64,000 nt of DNA from the NCBI GenBank assembly GCA_963514005.1, contig OY740786.1:54808001-54872000 (forward strand). Direction: 5' to 3'. The notes beneath the pieces are model-generated. The model was not told the origin of the DNA. It saw nothing but the letters and a program-made list of their open reading frames with translations, and searched no databases. Both the position numbers and the translations under genes were made by a program. Source of the stretch: Raja brachyura. Its lineage: Eukaryota. Shown here piece by piece: positions 36,501 to 48,642 of this stretch (its first letter is position 1; each line of letters opens with the position of its first letter).

Positions 36501-37169
36501 AACAATTAATGTGATGGCAGTGAATGTGGTACAATGACTAGGTTAAACATAAGATAATAATGATGGCAGTGGGGTGAGTAGGAAACGGAGAGTTGGGAGA
36601 GGAATGATGGTAGTGGGAAGAGTAGGAAAAGGAGAATAGGGAAAGAAGGGAGATGAGGAAAACAAAATTGAGGAAGAGTAAGAAATGGGAGAGCAAAGTG
36701 AGGAATAAGGTGTGTTTGAGGAAGAGATGATTGGATGCGGTTAGAAAGTGGGAGCAGGGTGAGTGGAAGAATGGATTAGCACATGATGAGGACAGAGAGA
36801 CAGCACTCACAGAGAACAGAAGCATATTCCCGGATGAAGCAGTGAAAGAAGGATAAGGGTAGTGGAGGCGAGGGGAAGAGAGAAAGAGAGAGAAACATCT
36901 TGTACATTACACATGGCAAGTACCCTAAAAAGGCACGATGTGTACATTATGTACTATATGCATTCTTTTAGAATATTTTTCTCAACAAAATATTTAAATA
37001 ATTATGCTGATCTATTTTAAAGTGTTTTCGTATTTTGACTGAGGCACTGAGGATTGCAACCAGAACGTTTCCATGAAACAAAGGCAAGTGCTAGTGTGGG
37101 TATTGTGGGCTGAAGAGACTGGTTTCCAGAGGGCTAGTAAATACATTGTGGGCCAAATGGATTTTTGGG

Positions 37170-37630
37170 CTGATAGCTCAGTCACGGGCCTGGTGGGCTG
37201 GCAGCTCAGGCCTAGTGGGCTGGCAGCTCAGGCCTGGTGGGCTGGCAGCTCAGGCCTGGTGGGCTGGCAGCTCAGGCCTGGTGGGCCGGCAGCTCAGTCT
37301 CTCATGCCTGGCAGGCTGGCAGCTCAGTCAATCAGGGCTGGTGGGCTGGCAGCTCAGTCACTCAGAGCTTGTGCACTGGCAACTCAGTCACCCAGGCCTG
37401 GTGAGCTGGCAGCTCAGTCACTCAGGCCTGGTGGGCTGGCAGCTCAGTCACTCAGGCCTGGTGGGCTGGCAGCTTACTCACCCAGGCCTGGTGGCTTGAC
37501 AGCTCAGTCACTCAGGGCTGGCAGCTCACAGCTGGTGGGCTGGCAGCCGACTCACTCATGGCTGGTGGGCTGGCAGTTGACTCACTCATGGCTGGTGGGC
37601 TGGCAGTTGACTCACTCATGGCTGGTGGTC
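37170..37630. repeat. 21/30-bp GC-rich minisatellite
   Basis: GGCTGGCAGCTCAGTCACTCAGGCCTGGTG and shorter variants. Confidence 0.92.
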
Positions 37631-37857
37631 TCACACACACACACTCTCCATCTCACACACACACACACCTTCCATCTCACGCACACACCATCTCTCACAC
37701 ACACACACTAACGCCATCCAGCACACACTCACACACAACATACATATGACAATAAAACTCTCTTGAATCTACTCACGAGATTGAGCGCAACCTCTTTCCT
37801 GAGCGGGACTTTGGCAGTGAGCGTGACTTTTGAAATGAGCGTGATATTCAGTTTAAA

Positions 37858-38030
37858 CAGCACAGTGCAGACCAACCCTTCAATTCAGTTCAAGCAGCAC
37901 CGTGCAGACCAACCCTTCAATTCAGCTGAAGCAGCACAGTGCAGACCAAACATTCAATCCCATTCTAGCAGCACAGTGCAGACCAACACTTCAATTCAGT
38001 TCAAGCAGCACAGTGGAGACAAACCATTCA
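37858..38030. repeat. 37-bp tandem repeat, about 5 copies
   Basis: CAGCACAGTGCAGACCAACCCTTCAATTCAGTTCAAG. Confidence 0.9.
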
Positions 38031-38411
38031 CTTCACTCACGGCATAGACTCAAAGTTCTGGACACAACTCGCACTCACGGTCTTCCGGGGTGACTGACTC
38101 ACATTCGGCCCCCGAGGCTTTATTCTCCTGGCCCCCTGGAAGGGGCGTTACCTTCATCATGGTGAATGACAGGCGAGAAGACCAATCTGCTGATCTCAAA
38201 ATGTATTAAACATTCATTACTTTTTCATTATTTCACCGATCGTAAAAAACCTTGTGGCGGTTGGAGGAGAGGAGGACGGTGAGTAAGATGCCCAAAAAAT
38301 CATAGCGATACAGGGTTGCATTTTTTCTAAAATATATTTACAACTTGAATAGGAAGTGGGCGAGATGAGACTTTTAGTAATAGTATAGATAAAGCAATGA
38401 CTGATAAAGCT

Positions 38412-38560
38412 TCTTCTTCTTCTTCTTCTTCTTTCGTGTTACGTGCACAGCCTAAAGTTGTTGGACAACTTGTTCTATTTGATCTTCCGTTTGTTCACAT
38501 TGAGTTGATTGCATTAGTTGAAACAGGGCGGACCACGTGAAGGTTGCAATCTTCCACCCC
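38412..38560 (-). mobile_element. Short retroposed element with (GAA)n tail
   Basis: 12-bp TSD ACTGATAAAGCT (38400-38411, 38561-38572). Confidence 0.8.
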
Positions 38561-38816
38561 ACTGATAAAGCTGACATCCTCACATCCACATTACCATATT
38601 TAATTGTTTCAGCCCATTTTCTACTTAAAATTAGTTTAAACAGGATAATAAAATTAAATCTAATTTCTATTAACTGAAAAAAGGTCAGCATAGTAGGAGT
38701 GAGTTTTGGAGTTTTGGAGTTCTCAAACAAACATAGAACCCAGTGGAGTTTCTCCTTTTTAACACAAATTGACAATCCAGGTGCAAGCTGCATATAAAAA
38801 AAGGAAAGCTTATCAG

Positions 38817-40858
38817 TAGAGCCAGGATTTTGCCATAAATGCCATGTGCCTTTTCATGCCTTTTTTGATGATTTAACCAGGATAATGCCTTTTTCTCGAT
38901 CGAGTGCCTAAATCAGCCTTTTTTTGCCGTTTTGCTATTTTCCCTAATCGTACTGTGATTACAATGACGTTTTCTATGTTAACATGTTAATATTAATGTT
39001 ATTATTAACGTGTTAACATAGTATAACTTACAAGAAAATTTCAACCACTGGGACGAAACCGGGGGCGCCACCATCAGTCGTTCATTCGTTCATGCCGCTG
39101 CCTGCTGGTTCTGTTTTCTCCTAGATCTATTTAAGAAAGAACTGCAGATGCTGGAAAAATCGAAGGTAGACAAAAAATGCTGGAGAAGCTGAGCGGGTGA
39201 GGCAGGCAGAGAACCAATAGGCGACATTTTGGGTCACGACCCTTTTTCAGACGGATGTGGAGTGGGGGGGGCAGAAAAAAGAAAGGAAGTGCCGGAGACA
39301 GTAGGACTAGAAAGAGAGCTGGGAAGGGGGTGGGGAGGAGGGAGAAGACAAGGCCTATCTAAAATAGAGAAGTCAATGTTGATACCACTGGGGTGTCGAC
39401 TACCCAAGTGAAATACCCAAGCTTGTCTCCTCATTACATTTACTGCTGGCTCCAGTCGCAAATCTGAGTTTTCGTGTGATCTGTGCAATTCATTGATGAT
39501 GGAATTCCACTGTGGAAATTGGAAAATAAATCTCTCAGAGGCTTTTTAGAGAAATACACAGAGGAACCTATAACAAGCGAGTCATCATTACGGAAAAATT
39601 ATGTTGATAGCCATTTCAACATTGTTGTGTAGAAAATTAGAGATAAAGTTGCATGCAATGAAATATGGATCTCAATAGACAAGACAACCGATGCTGTGAG
39701 GAGATATGTTGCCAATGTGGTCATCGGTACATTGGAGGCAGGTCAACCATCAAAGAAGTATTTGTTGACATCTGAAGTATTGTAGAAGTCAAACAGCTCC
39801 ACTATTGCTCAGCTGTTTGTACCTCCACTTGCTGTGCTTTGGCAAGAAGGTATAAAACATGAGAATGTTCTTCTGTTTGCTACTGATGCAGCTCCACAAA
39901 TGTAAAAAGCTGCTTGTGCTCTCAAAATGTTATTCCCCAAAATGTTGCATTTAACATGCCTTTATAGGACTTTATAGAATTGGCAAGTACATAAGTAGCT
40001 TGTTTCCAAATGTCAATCGCCTAGTTTCCAATTTGAGGAAGAGATTCTTGCTCGAAGCACTGTCACATGTGCTGTTGTTCAAGGAAATGGCACCCGAGAT
40101 TCTGCTACCTCATCAGCTTGTTTTGATTAGGTGGGGTACATGGCTTTCTGCTGTACTCTGCTATGCTGCAAATTTTGAAAAGATAAAATAGATTGGCAAC
40201 TGTTTTGAAGAAGAATGTGCTCCAGTCAGGATCGTCAGTGAAATCATGCATAAAAAGTCCCTCCACTGTGATCTTCTAATTTGCTTCCAATTTTGCAAAC
40301 TTCCCACAAGCTATCAATTCCTTTGAGAAATGTGGCAAAACATTAATGAATAATTTGCAGGTTTTTCAACAAAGTAACTGATGATATTCGTAAAATTTCT
40401 GGCGATGTAGGTAAAGACATACAAGGAAAATGTGAGAGAGTGATTTTAGCTAAAGATCTTGAAGAAATACAAAACATAACTAAAGTTCTCAAAGGTAGTT
40501 GTAATGCACAAGATATTGACATGAATACATGTAGCTTGTTTTGGGTATGCACCAGTGACCTCAACTGAGGTACAAAATACGTTTTTCACAACTGAAACAT
40601 ATTCTGTCTGACAGACGGCATAGTTTAACACCAAATAATTTAAAAAAAAATGCTAGTAATTATGTGCAACCAGCCAACTGGTCATTTAATGTAATATACT
40701 GTAGCATTATAATTTTTAACCATATTTTGGTGATGGAAATATGTGCCTTTTTATGCCTTTTTTGTCAATAAATGCCTTTTTCGTGCCTTTTTTGTAATTT
40801 TATTATGCCCTTTTGCCTGCCTATTTCAGTTTTTTAGTGCCTAAACATCCTGGCTCTA
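38817..40858 (+). mobile_element. hAT transposon with decayed CGGBP1/DUF659-type transposase
   Basis: 8-bp TSD CTTATCAG; TIR TAGAGCCAGGAT; remnants IWISIDKTTD, LLFATDAAP, LIRWGTWL, YAPVTSTEV...ILSDRR at ~39500-40670. Confidence 0.88.
39135..39420 (-). mobile_element. Penelope 3' fragment nested in the hAT
   Basis: Same terminal repeat family plus the AATGTTGATACCACTGGGGTGTCGACTACCCAAGTGAAATA end-of-ORF signature also seen (reverse) at ~55335-55375. Confidence 0.6.
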
Positions 40859-42459
40859 CTTATCAGGGATGGTATAAAAAAAACAGAAGCAGGAATAAGC
40901 CATAACACTGCCTTCTTAATCTTTAGTGACAAATTCATTCTTTGTAATAAATTCCTCTTCATCCTTGCCTTAAATGGGTGATATCTCCATCCAAAGCTAT
41001 GCTCTTCGCTTTCAAGAAACAAAGCTTTTCAGTATCTGCACTGTCAACCCTCTGTGAGATCTTATATGCCTCATTGGATCTGATCACATTCTTCAACCTG
41101 CTCAGTTCTTCTTCTTGTTTTAATCAAAATCTGCATTATTAACTGTCAAATTTCATTATTCACCAAAATTACATTTAAACTGCAGCTTCCTAATGTCAGG
41201 CTAGTAGGTGGGGTGAATCTGGAAGAACATTACTGCAAATATTTAGTTAGATATTGCAAAACATAAACATTTGTAAAAGATAAAATGAAAATTGAAATTT
41301 CTCCCTCAGCACACTTTAAGGGTCATTTATTTGATTGCTCCATATTTTTGACATATTGGAATTCCAGTATTGCATACCACGAGAATCATCTTTAAGATTT
41401 TCACATGGTGGTATTGGGGAGATCATTAGTAAAGAATAGACTTTTTTTGAGGGAAATAAAAAATGGGCAGAATGTTAGGAAGTGACCAAAAAATTGGATG
41501 AAGCAAAATGGGGAAATATTTAGGGCATATTTGAAGGGAACCTAATTGACGTGGGGAATTTTAATCTATATATTGATTGAATGAAAAGAAAATTGGCAAG
41601 AGCATTGTTAAAAACATTGCAGACTATGTCTGTGATTGGTTATGACAGTAGTGTGTTTTTGAACCTATCCAAGAATAGGCTGTTTTAAATTTGCCACTGC
41701 TTAACGAGGAATAATTTGTAAGAGATTGTGTGGTTAAAGATCTCCAAAGAAACAATAACAACAATTTGCTACATTCCAGATGCAGTGTGAGGAAGAAAAA
41801 CAAATAACCAAAATCAGTGTCTTTAACTTAAATAAGGGCAATTATAATGATATGAAGGCAAGTTGTCTGAGGTAGACTGGTTTGTAGATGATTTGTGGCA
41901 AATAAGCAAATAGCTGGACCATTACATTCAGCAGGAATTAATTAGAAAGGATTGCATTAGAATGAGGCAAACCTATGATTAACAAAGGAGATCAAGGACA
42001 ATGTTAAATTGAAATATACAACTTACAAAATGGCAAAGGCTGGTGATAGGCCAGAGGAAAGGGAAGTTTTAAGGATTCAGCCACTCCAGATCAATTTTGC
42101 AAAGATTTGTAATATTTGGTAACATTATCTTATTGTAGTTATTAAAAGAAAACTTTTATTTGCATGAGCAAATATTTCAGAATTTCTTTTCAATTCATAG
42201 CATGTTTGAGAAGTTTACTACTGATGCAGGGATCTGCACAGAACCTTCCGAATTAAAACTAGATCAATCTGTGGTTCAACATGAATTATTTCATATAGGG
42301 GATGTGATCTCGCTGGCTCACACTCTTACTGAGTCACTCGGATAAAAAGAACACAAATGTCAGGCTGCGGTTCATTGACTGCATCTCTGCGTGAAACACA
42401 ATCATCCCCTCTAAATATCAGCAAACTCAACAAACTGGATCTCTATTTGTCCCTATGTA

Positions 42460-43140
42460 ATTGAAATCTCGATTACCTCATCGGCAGACCATCGTACAAA
42501 GTGACAAAAATACTTGCTTCTCAATAATCATCAACTCGAGACTCAATGACTTCACGAGAAGTGTAAGGAGATATAGTATGTGGCCGAATACTCCATTGAA
42601 AGTAAGATCGAGAGTAGAGAGTCGCATCATGGCCTGGATCACTCATGCAAACACACGAGAACTAAAGAGGCTGCAGAGAATGGTAAACATTAGTCAGTCA
42701 AGCACAGTATCTGACCTACCCACCATCGAAGGGATCCATTGAAGGCACTGTCTCAAATAGGCAGCTGATATCATCAGAGACCCACACCACCCTGGCCAAA
42801 CTCTCATCTTGTTACAACCATCGGAATGAAGGTACAAGAGCCTGAAAGCCATGTGCAGTTGATGCAAGAATAGCTTCTTCCCAGCAACCATCAGGCTCTT
42901 GAATAATGCACAGCACTAACCATTATCTCAGCAACAATGATCTCCTATGGGCTTTACTCCAGACTACTGTTTGGCACCATTATGGTAACCTGGTATTACT
43001 AATTATTGATTAATTGTATTATACGTTATTGCACATTTATTTGTGTGTTATTGCATCAATGGGCTTGTTAGGCTGCAGCAAGTGGGAAGAGTATTTGTTC
43101 CATTCTGGTACACATGGCAATTCATTTCCTTAATCTTGAC
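42460..43140 (+). mobile_element. Rex1/Babar-type LINE 3' fragment
   Basis: Homologous to 62050-62420 (CCCACCATCGAAGGGATC, GACCCACACCACCCTGGCC, AGGTACAAGAGCCTGAAA). Confidence 0.7.
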
Positions 43141-46100
43141 ACTCTTGTAGAAGGCATGACTGTAGAGGGACTGCTCCGGGAATAGGTATAAACTCAATTG
43201 GCTGAATGGCCTTCTTCTATGTTGCCAGGAAGTATGATGTAAAACAAATTCTGTAGTTGATAAATGTATGTTAATTATCATTCTAAAGATTGTGCTTATG
43301 TAGATGTGAAATAGATGGACATGTTTGAGGTTGCCTAGCTAATTACTTTGCGTTTAGAAGGTTACGATTATGTTTACACTGCAGAAGAGAGTGATTGAGT
43401 TTCACAGAAACTGCCCAAGGTGACATTGATCTCAAAAGAACAATAAATATGTTGAATAACTGTAAAAACCCTTGAGGCATAATGAGTAGCAGTTGTGTGT
43501 GTGTTGAAGTGGGGTGGAGGTGTCAGCATAAATCTGTGTGGAAAAAATTCAGAAGGTTAAAGTATGATGCTTGTTCCTAGCTGCCCATCCTGATCCGGGT
43601 AACTATTTCATAGAATCAGAAAATGGTTACAGTATAGAATGGAGCCAATTGCCCCATTAAACACACAATAGCATTCTACTTAATCCCATTTTCTTCCCTT
43701 TTCCCATTGTCCTGCAAATTCTTTCCTTTCAAATACTTGTCCAATTTTGTTTGAAATTCTACGACTAAATCACTACAACCCCTGGCAGTGCATTTCGGAT
43801 CCTAAAGGCTCCCAACACAAAGAACATTTTCTACATTTCACTTTTGTTATCATTTGCCTTCATTTTATGTTGTCTGGTGCATTGCCTTTGCACCAATCAC
43901 GACTACTTGTCTGCTCTACATTTACCCTTTAAAACTTCTATCAGATTCTCTTATAATTGCAAGGTGAATAACCTTGGCTTCTCCAGTCTGTCTATCAGAT
44001 TCTCATAATTGCAGAATGAATAACACTGGCTTCTCCAGTCTGTCTATTGAACTCAACTCCTTTAGAGTATTGTAATTTTTCCATAATGAAAAAAAGTACC
44101 ATGAGAGTTTCATGGGGAATGAGGAGCAGTGGCCAGTGGCCAAAGATTGGGGCCTGAGGGCATGGAGGAAGGTAGCATTTGGGTAAGGCAGTGTTCAAGA
44201 AGGGTTAGGAGCATCAATCCTGGAATTAATTTCTCTCTCAAGCATATATATTTTTTGTAAAGTGTGGCACCGAATTTGTTGGAATATTCCATCTATGATT
44301 GTTAAATTTCATTGTGACTTCCATGCACCAATACTCTACTAATAAAGTTCAGACAATTTTAATGAACAATGCACAAACACCCTCAGTTCACTCTTTTCAT
44401 TCTTCATTCCAAACTGTTACACTTCCCTTTTCTCAGCATTAAATTTCATCTGTCACATATCTGCCATTTTACCCGTTTCTTTGTAATTTTTTGAAACTAT
44501 TACAATCCTCCCCATAGTCCACTATATCTTCAAGTTTGGAAATTCAAGCCCAAACTCCAAATAATTGTAAATTGATTTAGTCCAATTTATTCCTTAATTA
44601 TTAGCTTAATTATGGAATTTCTGCTATATTTAAGACGGAGTGAGATGTGGCTCTTGTGGCTAAAAGGATCAGGGGGTATGGAGAGAAGGCAGGTACAGGA
44701 TACTGAGTTGGATGATCAGCCATGATCATATTGAATGGAGGTGCAGTCTCGAAGGGCCGAATGGCCTACTCCTGCACCTATTTTCAATGTTTCTAAGTCA
44801 CTAACATATTTTAAGAAAATCAGGAGGGTTAGCATGCATGCCTTTGAACAACCTATTTACACTGCCCCCCAGCCTGAAAAACAATCTTTCACCACAATGC
44901 TGTTTGCTATTGCTTACTTAATGTTCACGGCTTGAGCACTATTGAAAGGGTATTGTATGCAAAATATGGCACTCTGAATCGTGGCCATTTTGAGAGCTTT
45001 TTTATCAAGATATATGGAACAGTTGCCAAAGGCCAACGATTAAAGACTGGGCAAGACTTGGGAAAGGGAGCCTTGAACAAGAATTAGGATCTGGAGTTAA
45101 GGACAGCAATTAGAAATGTGACAAGGGTTAAACCAAGGAGAATATGGGTAGGGCTGGTGGAGATAAAGGCCTACAGAAGCCACTCCTTCCACAACTTAGT
45201 CTAATTTCACCCTAGTGCTTTGACAGTACTGCTGCATGGGCAAACTATAAATATTCCTGACTGATAGGAAATGATATCAGCTGCAAAAGGGTGATTCACT
45301 CCTCGAAGTATTGATTAAAATCCTGGAGTATTACAAAGCAATCTGTAAATTACTATTATGTAATTACATTTCTAGGTCAGTTTTTTTCTTTCAGCTGTTG
45401 TCAGTGAAACAACAAATCAAAATCCATCTTAATTAGCAATTCTTTAACTCAAAGAGCAAAAGTTGTACATACAGCAAGAGTTTAAGAACTGTCAGAATAA
45501 TTTACACATGATGTGAGTGACAGTTACGTTCTTTATTTACAATAGCTTGTCAGACAAAAGAGAAGAGTCAACGATAGACACAAAATGCTGGAATAACTCA
45601 GCGGGACAGGCAGCATCTCTGGAGAGAAAGAATGGGTAAAATTTTGGGTTGAGACCCTTCTTCAGTCAGTCTGAAAGTCTAGAGCCATCCAATTCAGAAT
45701 AACCATTTTGGATAAAAACTGGGCTTTCGGATTATAAAACCTGCTTGTCATATAGTTCTGACCTGAGTTACAACAATAAAGTAGTGGATTTGTAATTTAT
45801 CTGGAGATTCTAAATTCCACGGTTTTGGTTTAAGGCTGTTATTCTGATGTCCTTCTGCTTCATGTTTATGCTCATTTTCTTTACTCTTACATCTAAACTC
45901 TTCTGTTTTCTTCTCTGCCTCCTTATGCCAGTCCATAAATAGGGACCACCTAACATCCTTATAACGTAATTTCTCCTTAAGTGGGCATCGAATTGAATGC
46001 CAGGCTGTAGTCAAACAGCCGTCTGATGTATGTGGTCCTGATATTCAGATGGTCTAGAGCAGCATGGAACGCCAGTGGAATGACACGCCAAGACAACGGA

Positions 46101-46403
46101 TATTTTTAAGGCAGATATAGATAGATTCTTGATTAGTACGGGTGTCGGGGTTATGGGGAGAAGGCAGAAGAATGGGGTTAGGAGGGAGAGACAGATTAGT
46201 CATGATTAAATGGTGGAGGAGACTTGATGGGCCAAATGGCCTAATTCTGCTCCTGTCACATGACCATATAACCATTTAATGCAGGGGTGGGGAACCTTGT
46301 TCAGCTTAGGGGCCAGGACCCATGCCTGTGAGCAGATGGCGGGCCACATCTAAAGTCCATAGTTAATAAATGGAGATAATAATAATACATACTAACTAAA
46401 AAA

Positions 46404-46981
46404 AGGGGCTGTCCCACTGCGGCGACCTAATTGGCGAGTTTAGAAGAGTTTTCAACATCATCTCCTTCGCTCCTTAAATGCTGCTGCACCCGCTAAGTTT
46501 CTCCAGCTTTTTGTGTAACCCATGTCATGTTGAAAACCTCCTTCGACTATGTAGAAGACCTCCTTCGATCTCCTTCGACTATGTTGAAGACTAGCGTTGA
46601 CTAGCTACGACTAGCTTCGGGATAATTGAACACCGAATAGTGGAGAGTGAAGATGACCTTCTTCGATCTCCCTTCGACTATGATGAAGACTATCTACGGC
46701 TACCTTTGACTACCTTCGATTACCCTCGATTACCTACGAATAACATGCCGACCTACTACGACCAAACCTACGAGTGAAAATGATATTGATTTTTTCCATA
46801 GCGACCTTTTTTTACTCGCGGGCATTTTTCAACATGTTGAAAAATACGCCGCAACCTAGCTGAGGCCTCGAGTATGCGGGGACTACTCTCAAGCATGATG
46901 GAGAGTTACAAAGACCTCCAAGGACCTTGTGTCAACCATGCTGTGAGTATTAGTCGAGTGCAAACTCACCAGACAGCCCCT
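46404..46981. mobile_element. PIF/Harbinger-type MITE with internal TTCGACTA repeats
   Basis: TIR AGGGGCTGTC / GACAGCCCCT followed by TAA. Confidence 0.7.
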
Positions 46982-48642
46982 TAAATTAGTAATTAGTTAT
47001 AATACATACGATAATACATAAATTAGTAATACATACTAATAATACATACTAACTAGTGTGACACTTGGTGTTGTTTTTCGCATTAGTTTTCACATGTTTT
47101 TCCCAGATCCCTCGCATCGTCGGAACTGGCTGCAGTTCCCAGGTCCCATCATGCTTTCCCAGTGTGTAAGCTCTTGAGTTAAACATATTACAAACTACCC
47201 ATCCTCCTTATAATTTTCAGAATTTCCTGCATCAAGGATACATTCTAGCTTTTGGACATCAATAGTTCATGAATGAGGTCATGCTTAAACACAAAGAAGT
47301 GAAGAGTCATATCTGCAACCCAAGTTGGGTTTGTTGCCACAAAGCTGATCTGCTGCAGATTAATGCCTTAGATATTTTAATGACTCCAGCCATTGCAACT
47401 GCGCACTAGTGTTTCTAAATTAGCTGCAGAAGTGCTATTATTGGACAATTCCTGATGTACAGTAACATGAAATCCATTTAATGTTCCTTATATTAACCTT
47501 ATTTGTCCATGTTTTGAGACATTAAATTGTATGAAGTTTGGACACAAAAGTTGACTTCAAAATTTCTATACCTCTTCTACAAATGTAAACAAAAAATTTA
47601 CTCTATTAAAACAACTACAACATGAAACAAATTTAAGTTTCCTCTTCATATTTTTACAAAAATCTTTACAAAAATAATTACCGGTGACTAGATGCACATT
47701 ATTAATGCACATACCTGTAGTTTCACAAATTGCAGCAGGTTTAATTCTTAACAGATATACATGAAAGTGATATGACTTCTCAGTTCTTGTCAGAAAGGAA
47801 AACATTAAAATATCCTTCAAATAGAGTTTAATTTCACACTGGTTGAATGCCTGAAGAACTGATGGAAATAATTGTAAATTGATTTAGTCCAATTTATTCC
47901 TTAATTATGGAATTTCTGATCAAACTATATAAGTGATGCCTATCTTATAATTCATACTGAAAGTATTTCCTGTCAGCCATCCAATAACGCAAAGGGAAAG
48001 AACTAAGGTTGGCATAGTACTTAAAGAAAATCAAAAAAATATTGCTACTAAATTAATCAAAACTGATCAATAGCATGCCAAAAGATAAAATCTGAATCCC
48101 ACTAAAAAGTGAAATAGAAAAAATGTAAACATCACTTCATCATTCAATAGGTTTCATGGTTGTTCACATACAGGTACCTCTCCCTTCACATAATTTGGCC
48201 ACATACCTCAGCTGACTTTGTCCTGTCCAATCAAGGTGCTAACAAAACAATCCCCAACATGTGCAGATTTGGTCACCATGCTATAAGAATGGTGTGATAG
48301 CACAGTGGAAATTCGGCAGGAACTGACTGGGGTGGAGTAGTTCAGTTATGAGAAGAGCCTGGAGAAGCAAGGTCTGTTCTCACTGAAACAGTTGGCTAAG
48401 AAAGGACATAATTGACATATACAATTATGATATATATAGATAGCTTAGATTGAAGAAACCTTTCCTCATACCAGAGGTAGATTAAATTAGAGGATGTAGA
48501 TTTAGGGTAGGGGAGAACAGATTTTGAGTAGAAATGAGGGGGGTCTCTTTCATCCAGAGAGTGGTCAGTACCTTAAATACTTTGCCTAGGAGAATGGTTG
48601 GATCTGGGTCACTGACAGTTGTCTGCATCATAGCCTTGTTCT

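Larger units (their letters stand above)
37087..38389 (-). mobile_element. Non-autonomous Helitron-like element, 5' part
   Basis: Minus strand starts A|TCTATACTATTACTAAAAG at 38389; carries the same 30-bp minisatellite and flank as 12020-12310. Confidence 0.55.

Noticed and set aside
36560-36900. Purine-rich tract and hydrophobic minus-strand ORF 36538..36825
   Set aside because: Low-complexity GA-rich sequence with no coding signal.
37073-37711. 212-aa ORF and similar ORFs at 11912 and 62951
   Set aside because: Open only because the 30-bp and 21-bp minisatellite units are multiples of three and stop-free.
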